DNA from: Strigamia acuminata
Taxonomy: Eukaryota
DNA length: 64,000 bases
Direction: 5' to 3'
Assembly (NCBI GenBank): GCA_949358305.1
Contig: OX442314.1
Span: 27,962,001 to 28,026,000, forward strand
Numbering within the stretch: the stretch's first letter is position 1; the number at the start of each line of letters is the position of its first letter. Position numbers and translations under genes: made by a program. This document shows positions 52,706 to 64,000 of this stretch, in pieces. The notes beneath the pieces are model-generated. The model had not been told where the DNA came from and made no database searches. It saw only the letters and a list, made by a program, of their open reading frames with translations.

Positions 52706-54978
52706 GTTAAACTCTCTCGCGAAATTTTTTTTCTATTCACTGATTGTGTTATACACAGTATTGTTTAGAAAAAGAGCTTTTCTTTTCAACAGAGGGGGAA
52801 ATTTCTTGAACATGGTTGTGATAGGGAATCAGCAGGCGAAAACGGCCGCTAATCGCTGATTTTGGACCCTAACTTGACAAAATTTGTGGCTGTGCATGTC
52901 CAGCTTGCCTGGGTAATGGCAAGCAGGGACTTACATTGGCCACACTGTCCAACGGTCTTCTATTCTTTTCTAGCTCAGCCTAAAAAACTGAGTGGTTGGG
53001 AGAGGAATAAAATTCCAAACCTTCTTATTATTTTCTATTTCTTGGTGCGCAGCCCAAGTAAAGTAGTGGAACAGTCTGCAGCGATTTGAACCCGATTCGA
53101 GGAGGAGGCGCGCTGGCGGCCACCAGCAAGCCAAAATCCCACGGGGGAGAAGCTGGCATAATCCAATTGCCACGCTGCAATACCCAGTTCCATTATGGGC
53201 CGGGCGAGGAGTCTGTGTGAACTGAGCTTTGGGTGACACCAATTTCTTTGGATGGACTTTTAGTCGGCGTCAAATCAGGTTGCTATTACAGGGAAGTTGG
53301 CCCATGTAAACATTCACTTGCAATGAATGGGGTTTATTAAAAATTTGATCTGGATAGCAGCGAGGTGCTAGCAAGCATTAGGATAACTGGCAGAGAAGTT
53401 GCGGTGGCGATTCATCAGCTGTGAATCGTCCGTGGCTGCTCGAGGTGCTCGATACCAGGTTCACATGGATCATTATCCTACCCTGTCCCGTGTACTGGTC
53501 AGAAGCAGTTGCAAGTTGATGCATACAACCCAAGAACTGTGGAGATTGGGACGCGGACAGCAGGGCGAGCTGCCGGAGGTACGGGGATACCAATGGTGCA
53601 GAGCTCAAATGGTACAGAGAGTTCGTTAGGGCGTAGGAACGATATCTGTGCGTTCAGGTGGCTATCAGCTTTGAAAAGAGACTGAGAATCCAGCCTGTAA
53701 CTTTTTTTTTTTTTTTTTTTCCTGAATTATATTCATTTTTTTGATTTCCAGAGCTGTTTCAGCTTGTACGAGGACTGTGCTTGAACCACAGTTTTGGGCA
53801 ATCTTGACATTTTTGGGAGTTTATTATTTTAAAACACCTTTTTTGTTTTTCTTTCTCTTCAATTTTTTACTTCCCTATCTATGATTTTCATGGTTCTCTG
53901 GGACACCACACCTGACAGTAGGATGCATGGTCACTTTGGGATTATTAGGTTTTCCTGACGGTTGATACATGTTTATCCGCATGACCGGGCGGTATACAGC
54001 ACCAAATGGAGGGTGATATGGCTTCGAGATGGCAGCTGAAGGGTGGGACCCAATAGCAACTAGGAACAGGAGGTGCATTGCCTTCCTCACTTTTTAAGTG
54101 CATCTAATTGTTCCACAAAAACAACCACTTCATTGGGATGTGCAGATATCCCAGTGTGGGCACGTTTCTGTCGAGAAGGCAGCCTCGTGCAAACTGAGGT
54201 GAAGGTTTCCGTAAAAGGTACGAGCGGGCGCAGTTGCGCTGATCTCTTGGGGCAGAAGGAGAGATTAACAACATCCCCGTGCACGTCTGCAACTTCTGCT
54301 AAAGAAATGGTAATTTTTTGAGTGTATTTTTTCTGATATAAAAAACCACCCAGTATTTTATTTATTCCTTTTTTTCTATTTTTCTTGTCTTTCTTCCTTT
54401 GATTACCGTTGCTGTGCGACAAGAATCAATTTTTGTGACTGCGCACTTGTGCGATTAACTTTTATTGTTGCTTGCGACGATAAAAAACTCTGTTTGAAAA
54501 GATTCGAAGTTCTATGGACACGATTTCGTGCTTTTATTGGCACAAAAGTCATGTTTTCATGGAATCAGACCATTTTGATCTGGTTCAGAACTTCTAGTTC
54601 CAAACAAAGGTCACTATTGCTTTTCGAAATGTTGTTTTTTCTGCAGAAATGTGGAAATTTAGATATTTATTGGTCAAAATCTTTATTTTCTTCATAAAAT
54701 TCCAAGATGGCGGCCCGAAAAACAATAGAAAAACATGTGGAGATTACAGAATTTTCGAGTAAAACCGGAATTGAGATATTCTCAAAACTGTTGGGAATTC
54801 TGGGAAATTAATTCTGTGAATAAATTTCGATTTTCTACCAATTGGAGACAAGGGGGGGGAGTGACATCACTAATCCCTCTCTCCAGAATGGCTACTTTAG
54901 CCCGAACTACTGCTCTCTTATTGGGTTTGAGTTAATCTCTCTCATCCATTTTGTCCTGCTCTTGGGCACATTCAGTCA

Positions 54979-56641
54979 ATGCCATACACAAGGACAGGTA
55001 AGACCACGTGGAATTCACCAGCAAGTAGTCTTTCCACACAAGCAACCGAAGCAAACACGGCAAATTCAGACAATTCGCCTCTCGATTCTTCAGACGACGA
55101 AACAATCAACATGTCTCACAACAAACAAAAGACGTTAGATCAGGCCATGCTTGAAACTACGTGCCACGTTTTTGATTTGAAAGTTGAAGAAATGACGTCT
55201 TATGCGGTTTGGGAAGCTACTCTTTTAGATGTGGCCAACCATATTGTAGAAACGCAAGATAAAGCTGATGTTGCAATGCAACAATTAGATAGAACTCGTG
55301 CAGAATTAAACACAGCGCAAACAAAGATTGAGGAAATCAATGATCAACTCCTTCGCGCAAAGAATTCATTACGGGAAATGGATTCGGTTAAATTAACCAA
55401 CAACAGTTTAATGAACTTATTAGCTCAACAAAAAGCTGTTGTGGACGGAGTAGTAGCTGCGGGCCAAGCAAACGCGGCGGCCCGAGCTTTGCTACCAAAT
55501 CCACCGGCGGTTGTCACCACAGCAAATTCTGCTATAAATTCGACGACTGTCAGCGGTACTACACCATTGCTTACAACGGGTAATCCGTTACTTTTAGCAT
55601 GGGGTGACAAATACACCCGCAAGACTGACCAACCCATGCCTCCGTCTAGACCTATGGACGAGGTAGAGTTGAGTAAGAGGGTGAAGTCGATTGGATTAGA
55701 AGCCTTTTCCGGCGACAAAACAAAATCGAAGGCTTTCATGATTGATTTAAAACGGTCTCTAAGATTTGCAGAACCATATATCAACCAGGTACTAGCCGAA
55801 CACTTGTTCAAGTTTTTCAGAGGCGACGCAGCCACATGGTTCTCGTCTCATGAGAAAACTGACTGGGAAAGCTTCGAACACGAATTCATAATTCATTTTC
55901 GACCCAGCGACACGTTGCTACTTGCAGAAATTGCCAAAATGCAGCAGCTGTCCCACGAGTCTGCCACTCAGGTGGTATTACGACTAGAAAAGCTGTATTC
56001 TCAGCTAATGAATCCGGTTCACGAGTCAACAGCTCCAAAAGGTGCTGTCGATCTTACGACCAGCCGCGAAAACCATGGCAATAACTGCATTAGATGCAGA
56101 TAATTCCTGGGCGGCTCTGAAAAGAGCTTGTATTGCCACAGAAGCATCTACTTTGAACGTGGAAACTGTGGCAAATGCAGCAATAATCGAGGCACAAAAG
56201 ACAGAATCTGTCGCACAAACCTCGAAACTTATTTCAAACTCTCAGCAAATGGTAGCAATATCAAATGCTGCTGGTGTTGAAAAAACAAAGTTTGTCCCTT
56301 ATGGATTAAGAAATCCAAGCAATCGGACATTATTTCCAACACCAAAAAACGCTGCAAATTCAGCAACAAAAGGTGCTGAAAATACAGACAAAGCACTAGT
56401 CCCGAGCAACAAACTTAAGGATTATGCAACTAGACCTCGCAATGGTGGTTGTTGGGGCTGTGGAGGTGGACACTTTGAGAAGGATTGCCCTCACAAAGTC
56501 GAAGCAGCCAAGGCAGCGATTGAATCCATGGCTTCCGCCCAACAGAGCCTCATGCAGGCCATGCTAGCTGCCAGTGAATTTGGCGCTTGGCCACCAATGA
56601 CGGGAAACGAGGAGGAGCAGTCGCCAGAGACAACCGAGTAA
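54979..56641 (+). CDS. gag: Gypsy C Gag, split by a +1 frameshift near 56025
   Basis: 54979-56103 has a coiled coil and capsid region (FSGD...FRGDAATWF...WESFEHEFIIHF...QQLSHESA). 56042-56641 continues QLQKVLSILRP and carries a CWGCGGGHFEKDC knuckle. Confidence 0.85.
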
Positions 56642-56769
56642 CTGACGACTCCGCTCTTACCATTATTTTGGTTCCAACAATAGAAGATATGGAAGACTCT
56701 TTATTTGATGTTTCATCACCCAAAGAGCCAGACCCGCGTATTGTTTTCTCTACGAAACCGGAAATTGAT

Positions 56770-59700
56770 CACGTAAACGTATTACTCCACTACCTTACAT
56801 CAAAGCAACATTGAATGGACTAAAAGTCACTGCTCTGATGGACACTGGGGCAACCCATAGATACATCAGTGGTGGTATGCTTAAAAAGCTAGATCTTCTA
56901 CGTTTTATGACTCCATTTTTAACAAACAGAGTTGTATACACTGGGGACAGACCTACACGTCCAATTGGGACCATCACAATGCCACTTAAGTGGCAAGGTG
57001 GCAAACTCCCTGTAACATTTACTGTTCTTCCATCAGCTTCAGAATTCATCCTGTTAGGCTGCTCTTGGATAATGGAAAATAGGATTGTTATCAATCTAAC
57101 ACAGAGGGAATATTTCCACCTTGATTTCCCGCATGAAACGTTTCCTTTCGACGACCCACCATCGCCGGAAGAAATGGGAAATGCAATAATGGATAAATGG
57201 GATGCATTGGTTACAGAATCAAAAAATCCCTCTGTCTCCTCAGCCGAATTAAGTGAGAAACTTTTAGCTCGAAGCAATTTGTCAGCAAAACAGAGATTTC
57301 AAATCTCACAACTTGTGAATAAACACAGACATGTGTTTAGTGACAAAGCTGGTTGCCACCCCACGTTGGAACATCCAATTCCAACTGGAGATGCACCTCC
57401 ATTTAAATGCAAAGATAGACCAATGAATCCCAAAAAAGCTGAGATTTATCGGGAATTGGTTGCCGAATTGCTTAGAGATGGTTGGGCTGAACCTTGCGAA
57501 GGAAGTTACAAGAACCCTCCAGTTATTGTGGCTAAAAAAGATGGCGGTTACCGCCTTTGTATTGATTTTCGTTGGCTGAATAAAATCACAATTAAGGACG
57601 TCTACCAGATGCCCTCAATTTCCATGATTTTGGCCTGTTTAGGTGGAAAAAAGTTCTTTTCTACTTTGGATTTGACTAAAGGTTATTACCAAATAAAGTT
57701 GAAGCCAAGTGATAAAAGGAAGACTGCTTTCTCCACTTCTGATGGGACGTACCAGTTCACCCGTATGCCTTTCGGTCTGTGCAATGCACCCAGTGCGTTC
57801 CAAAGAATGATGGACCAAGTGCTTGGAAAAGCTCAACACAAGTGGGCTCTCGCATATCTTGATGATATCATCATTTTCAGCGACTCATTTGAAGAACATC
57901 TTCAACATCTTGATGACATTTTGTCAAAATTAGATGCAAACAGGCTAACAGCTAGTCCATCAAAGTCATTTCTCTGCCCAGAGGAATTGAATTTTCTTGG
58001 ATTCACAATGTCAAATGGGAATTATAGCCCAAACAATGACAAAGTGGAAGCTATCATAGATTATCCAACTCCTTCCAGTGTAAAGCAGCTACAACGCTTT
58101 ATTGGAATGGTGGGTTTCTATGCCGCTTTGATTCCAAAACTGAGTATCACTCAAAAACCATTTTTCGCCCTCTTAAAAAAGGACGTCAAATGGCAGTGGT
58201 CCGAAGAATGCAATACTGCGTTCGAGTATTTGAAGAATCAACTTGCTGTAGGAATTATGCTGCCTCTGCCTGATTTTGCACGCAACTTTACCATCCACAC
58301 GGATGCAAGTGGCGGCGGGCTCGGAGCTGTCCTGATGCAACTTGATGACCATGGTGCTTTAAGACCAGTGGCTTATGCCAGCAGAACTCTGCAAGGTGCT
58401 GAAAACAACTACAGCACCACTGATTTGGAATGTTTAGCTGTGGTTTGGGCTGTTGATAAGTTCAAACCATACATTGAATATTCTGAATTCCAGGTTGAGA
58501 CAGACCATCATGCTTTGAGATTTCTCATGACGATGGAAAATCCAGCCGGCAGACTGGCTAGGTGGGCAATGAAATTGCAAAACGAAAATTTCACCATCAA
58601 GTACAGAAAAGGCACCGACAATCAAGTCGCAGATGCCCTGTCTAGAGTCTCCCTTGATAACGGCAATCCATTAGAAGGCAAAGCGACATTAGAAGAGGTT
58701 AGGGAGCCTGTTGCTCTGGCTTATCTCTCCAATGAAATTGACGACTCTATGAGTTTTGAAAACATTATTTCACAGCAACGTGCTGACAAACATCTTTCCA
58801 AATTAATCGAATGGTTAGAATTGGGTGATGACCAACCTCGTCCAGAACTCCCTAAGTTCTTGGAGGACAAACAGTACGACTGCACTCTCACGAGAAAAGG
58901 AATGCTTATCATTTATGCACCTTTTAAAACTGATTTCTTTGTAGAAGAAGAAGATTTGGGGACTGGATTTAAAATCTTTATCCCACCATCCCTTCAATTG
59001 ACAGCACTTCAACTAATTCATGATCATCCAATGGCTGGACATGGAGGAATTGAGGTGACTTTAGAACGATTGAAGAGAGTTTATTTTTGGCCTGGTATGC
59101 AAAAAGATGTAAAACATCACGTAGCTAGCTGCGACCGCTGCCAGCGTTGTAAACCAATCCAAAGAAAGCCAAAAGGACTAATGATCCCAACTTCCCCAAA
59201 GATTGGTCGGTTTGAAAAGATAGGAATTGATTTAATAGGTCCACTTCCTAGAACATCAAATAGAAACAGATTCATTTTAGTCATAGTAGATTATGCCACA
59301 GGCTGGATGGAAGCCACACCGCTAAGATCTTCAAAAATGGTTGTAATTGCACCAATTTTGAAACGATTCTTTAGCAATCACGGGTGCCCTCGCTTCATGT
59401 TGAGCGACAATGGCCCTCAGTTCATTTCTGACGTTTATCAGACTCTGTGTGATGATGCGGGGGTTGTTCCACTAAAAACGACGCCTTATCATCCTCAGAC
59501 AAACCTCACTGAACGTGTTAACAGAAATATTAAGATCATGCTTAGGATTTTTACTTTTGAGCACGATCATTGGGACAGATGCATTGATCAAATTAATTTT
59601 GCATTGCACTCTGCACCAAATGTGTCTACCGGTTTTACACCAGCAATGCTGACGTATGGCAAGGAAATACGACCTTTTTGGGACAGTCGAGATGTGTCTT

Positions 59701-60353
59701 ACGACACCCCATTCGACCCAGAAAGACCTTTTGACGCTGCCAGAATGCTAGTCGCTAGACACCAAACTCTGATTGCTGCAGCTCTTAAAAATAAGAGTCT
59801 GGCCCAAGCAAAACAGAAAGGATATTACGACCGACACCGCAGTGACGAGACGTTCGAGGTTGGAGATTTAGTTCTGCTAAAAACTCATCCCCTGTCCAAT
59901 GCTGCTAATCGGTATGCTGCATCCCTCGAAGATCGCTTTGAAGGACCATATGTAATTACCAAAGTTTACAATTCAAATGTATATGTTTTAGCTAAACCAA
60001 TAACTTTACAAGTTAAAGGCTCTTACAATATTGTACAATTGAGAAGGTTCATTCCTTCGGAAGAAAAGGCTCAGTGGCCTATTCAAGACAAGGATGATGA
60101 AGAAGTTCCTGAGAACCAACCTGCAAATACTGGAGCAGCAACAATCTTGCCACAACCAGTACGACCAGTGGATACGGATATCGCAATCAAATTGCCAACA
60201 CCCGTAAAACCTTGGAGAAATCCAAAGAAGAACAGGAATTTGCCCCTGCCGAACATGGATTTGCAAAAACCCACGGCAGCATGGCCAAAACCGAATTTGA
60301 ATTCAAAAAGACCTCAAAGGAATCACACAATACCAATACGATATCGTGATTGA
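56770..60353 (+). CDS. pol: Gypsy C Pol (protease, RT, RNase H, integrase)
   Basis: PLPYIKATLNG..ALMDTGA, YLDD, TDAS, HDHPMAGH...CDRC, SDNGPQF...TERVN, GPY. Confidence 0.96.
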
Positions 60354-60557
60354 CCACTAGGGGGAACACCTTCGAATTCAAAAATCTGTTCGACCAATCA
60401 CGAAACGATTACATAGCGTCTGCGGCCCTTGTGCGACGCACCCAAAACGTTTTTTTATAATACTTAACAAAGAAATCTGCACGAATTCATCATTCTCGCA
60501 GCGACAGGCAACTAGCAAGTTACTTTCCATTCTTTCTCGACTTCAAAACTATTCGAA

Positions 60558-61721
60558 ATGGATAAATATCCAAAAGGAACCCGCACGAAATGTCCAGTAT
60601 GCTTAGGAAAGAGATTCACGCGACACGAAAATTGCGCTTTTACGCAATGTGGGAATTGCCTGGGGAAAGGCCACGTGGACGAAAACCATCAACTGGAACG
60701 CTTTTTCGAAATCAACATGACCGTCCCCGGTGTGCCGATCTCAGACAAAAAACAAGAGATTAGTTGGATGCACGTACGTACACGCGCCGAACGAGACGCA
60801 GCTGAGAAGGCATTTTATGCCAAATCGGTCGCGTCAACTTCCACCAGACCGAACCCGAAGACTGTCCGATCGTCAAAAGAATTAACGACAAAGACGTCAA
60901 CGAAAAAAATCGCTCAATCATCGGAGAAAACGACCAACATGAACCAAATGTCTCGTAAATCGACAAAGAGTTCGAAGCCGTTTGTGAAAAAGATGACTGA
61001 ACCGAAGGAATCGAATGGCAATAATTTGCCAAAAGCTGCGCCCGCCAAAACGGCGACTGCAGCCAGATCTGAAATCTCCCCAGCTCTCGTAAAAATAAGA
61101 GAGACGCTTCGTGGCCAAAATCCAACCTGGTCGAAAGACAAGGTGGTGACGATAGCAAAGGAGAAGCTAAAGTGGCAGAAAGTTGCGGATTATAAATTGG
61201 AACGAAGACTTCGCGCCGCTCTTGCCGCAGTTGAACGACCCGCGTGCTCGAACTCATCGGAAAAATCGCCGACGGAATTAGAATCGACCTGGAAATTGAA
61301 ATTTCCTACAACTTCACTGCCACACACAATCACGTCGGGTGAAGTAATCGAAATGACAGAATCTGTCGAAACCCCGGCGGTCGTGATGCCACCACTTTTC
61401 GGCGAACGACCGACAAACTTGACCTTCCAAGTGAGTCCGATTAATGACTCCAAGGAGGTCGCCGTCGAGGATATGACTAATACGCTCGGCGCCATGGAAA
61501 TCGAGCCGTCCGAACCAGCTCAGCCAATGATCGGGGAACCGCGAACGTCTCCTCCGCCCCTTCCGCCGCAAACGAAAACAGAAAAGAAAACCAGATCCGC
61601 CGCAAAGAAGGAAAAGAAAGTTCGACGAAACTTGGCGAAAGAACTGCCACACGTCGAAGAAGACAAACGCGAGGACGACGAAGATTTACCGCCAACGCCC
61701 GGAAAATCGCTGGAATCGTAA
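60558..61721 (+). CDS. Gypsy C ORF3, 387 aa, N-terminal Cys/His cluster, unknown function
   Basis: ATG in good context (GAAATGG) 204 nt after the pol stop. CPVC-x7-H-x2-C followed by CGNC-x4-H-x4-H, then K/S/T/P-rich low-complexity sequence. No TM segment or signal peptide. Confidence 0.8.
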   Translation: MDKYPKGTRTKCPVCLGKRFTRHENCAFTQCGNCLGKGHVDENHQLERFFEINMTVPGVPISDKKQEISWMHVRTRAERDAAEKAFYAKSVASTSTRPNPKTVRSSKELTTKTSTKKIAQSSEKTTNMNQMSRKSTKSSKPFVKKMTEPKESNGNNLPKAAPAKTATAARSEISPALVKIRETLRGQNPTWSKDKVVTIAKEKLKWQKVADYKLERRLRAALAAVERPACSNSSEKSPTELESTWKLKFPTTSLPHTITSGEVIEMTESVETPAVVMPPLFGERPTNLTFQVSPINDSKEVAVEDMTNTLGAMEIEPSEPAQPMIGEPRTSPPPLPPQTKTEKKTRSAAKKEKKVRRNLAKELPHVEEDKREDDEDLPPTPGKSLES

Positions 61722-62241
61722 AAGTTCGAAGAAGAATTGGCCAGGTTTTGTTCGAAAAAACCTTTATAGTGCCAGAAATCGATTGTTGTTTACATTTTTT
61801 AAGTGTTTTTTCAATCTTAAATAGCATTTAGTAGTAATAGTCCTAACTTTTATTAGAATCTAAGTATTTAAAAGTATTTTTACTTACCATTTAATATTAA
61901 AATTGCTTAAATAATTACAAAAATCGTTAAAATTTAAAAATTCAAGTGTTTTATTCATGTTACAAGTGTTGTACAAATTTATTTTTCATAGTATCAAATT
62001 GTAGTATTCTCTTCATCCTGGGGGTAAGTGTGCGTTGTTTTTATCGGTGTTATTTCCCATTGTTACCCACTGGTGATCCGCGCTCTAGCTGTATCAGCTC
62101 ATCCGCATTAAGGTCATCTGTTTATCTGTAAAAAAGAAAAGTAATGATTAGTTTATAATTAGAAATTAACTTTCAAACAACCACTTTCGTGATTGTGTTG
62201 AGGTACCCCTCTCAGTACTTACCTTTTTTAGGGGGGGGAGA

Positions 62242-62864
62242 TGTGACCGGCTGCCCGATCAGTCCGTTCACTTACCTGCAACACACGGCGCTTCCACGGC
62301 TCTCGCGCACCTCGTGTGTTTCTCGCGCGCACCTGACGCGGTCCCCCGCGCCAGGTGGAGCTGATGGTCGTTGGCTCCGCCAATTGGGAACCGGAAGTGC
62401 CCTTCCGGAAGTGGTCGGCCCCGCAGAAGGCCCAGAGAGTTCTCTTGCAACCAGCGTGGCGAACGGTCGCTTCCACGATCGCTCTTCCACACTGGAAACC
62501 ATGACGAATCCGATTGGTTTGGCGACTCTGTCGCCCACCGGGACTTGATAGTCCGTGTTCCCCGCGCCCGTCCTGCGTTCTCCGTGAACGCAGCGACGAC
62601 GCGGCCGAACAGTATTCAGACCACGCGTGTCATTCGGCCAATGGCCGCCGTGCCACGCGGTCTTGTTAGGGATGGCTGTTCCTCAGCCATCGCATTGGGA
62701 AATGCACTGTAGAGACACCACATCATACCCCTAGACATAATAAAGCTTACCTTAAACTAAACTTGTGTCTCTTGTGTATTTCGGAAGTGTATTTTATCGT
62801 GTGTGTTGTGTCCAGCGTCCCGTGGCTCTCCCCCGACCACGTGGCGTCCGTCCAAACACTCACA
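62242..62864 (+). repeat. Gypsy C 3' LTR
   Basis: 623 bp, preceded by the polypurine tract. Confidence 0.97.
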
Positions 62865-63358
62865 ACAAAATAAAGATTAAACCGTGGAAAATAAAATATC
62901 ACATTTTCAGTGACATTTTTGTGACATTTCGATCAGGATTTGTCCTTTTTTATCACAAGGTGGGAATTCTATGTAAAGAAAACACACGTGCCAATTATTT
63001 TAATTACGATAATTATCTTACTATCGAATCTAACAGCAAAATAGATTTTACACTTCGATCTTAATCTCCGACTGTGACAACATGTTTAGCATGTGTTTAT
63101 CGAATGTCAATACAATAAACGGTAATTAAATCGTCAAGGCAACGATTTCAACAACTAACAACAATCCAACAAAAATTGACAGTCTAAGGCAGTCATTCAA
63201 TCTTGTAGTCATGCTCTCATACTAATGAAAAGTGAGTATAAATCTGATGTCAGACGAAGACCATTGTATCAATTCGGTTGCATTAAGAGTGCAGTATCAG
63301 TTTGATCGTGTCTAAGCAAAAACAGAAACTAAGAACAGTAGGATTGATTTTTTGTAAG

Positions 63359-64000
63359 ATGAACACTCTAAGAATATTTTTCTTTTATTTATTATCTGGA
63401 TGCATAAACATTTCAAAAAGCAATCGCTCGGCAGGTATGATTTACTTCACAATTCTGAATTGTTAATAGCAGCAAATTAAAGCAGACATAATTTTTATCT
63501 TTTCTTTAAGCACTGGAAAATTACGTTTCAGAAAGATTTTCCTTTTCTGACTGTAATAATCAACTCAGTTTTCAATTATCTAATATTCTACAAATGACGA
63601 ATTCAACACAAATACTCATCATTTATCAGGATGATTATTGTTGTTAAATCACACATTTAATTCTTTCTTATAATTCTAAAAACATTTTTTAATTTCAGTA
63701 CCAAACTGTTTGTCGAAATTGATTCATTTCGATTGGATTGGAAAAATTCAAATATCGGCACGACGATTCAGTAATACATCGCTAGATTTGAATTATACTC
63801 CTTTTCAAATGATATTGATTTGGACAGAAAATTTTGAGCAGGTAACATGATCTAATCATGCCCTTAGATTGACGAGAAATTGGTCAAGAGGCCCCTAGAG
63901 TGTTTCAGTTATCCATCTGTTAGATATTAAAAGTAACGCCAGCCTGTAGACACAACGCCTGTTGATCTAATTGTACCGGGTGGCCCAAATCAAACCGCCA
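63359..64000 (+). CDS. Ionotropic receptor, array copy 5 (5' part only, exons 1-3)
   Basis: Exons 63359-63434, 63511-63639, 63699-63841 are nearly identical to copy 4 exons 1-3 (MNTLRIFFFYLLSGCINISK...). The gene runs off the window end. Confidence 0.8.

Larger units (their letters stand above)
52062..62864 (+). mobile_element. Ty3/Gypsy LTR retrotransposon C (10.8 kb) with extra ORF
   Basis: 623-bp LTRs (TGTGA...TCACA), TSD ACAA (52058-52061 / 62865-62868), PBS, PPT AGGGGGGGGAGA (62230-62241), gag, pol and ORF3. An empty paralogous site lies near 30900-30925. Confidence 0.97.

Noticed and set aside
54703..54714. YY1/Pho-like motif CAAGATGGCGGC in the Gypsy C leader
   Set aside because: Single short match with no supporting evidence.

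Overview
AT-rich, intron-containing eukaryotic DNA, most likely from an arthropod or other protostome. The backbone is a tandem array of five + strand paralogues of an 11-exon ionotropic-receptor (IR / iGluR-like) gene. Copies 1-3 splice into open frames, copy 4 is knocked out by a retrotransposon in exon 10, and copy 5 is cut off by the window end. After splicing, all four complete copies go almost directly from M1 to M3 and appear to lack the M2 pore loop. Three different young, full-length Ty3/Gypsy LTR retrotransposons have inserted (7.7 kb, 14.2 kb and 10.8 kb), each with near-identical LTRs, a 4-bp TSD, PBS, PPT and a -1 gag-pol slippery site. Two carry large non-env extra ORFs downstream of pol (759 aa; 387 aa with tandem Zn-knuckle-like motifs). 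A deleted Mutator-like element retains a transposase C-terminus joined to a RING finger. Many MITEs (hAT, Tc1/mariner/pogo-like, foldback) and minisatellites fill introns and spacers. Exon boundaries were read by eye and no database search was possible.
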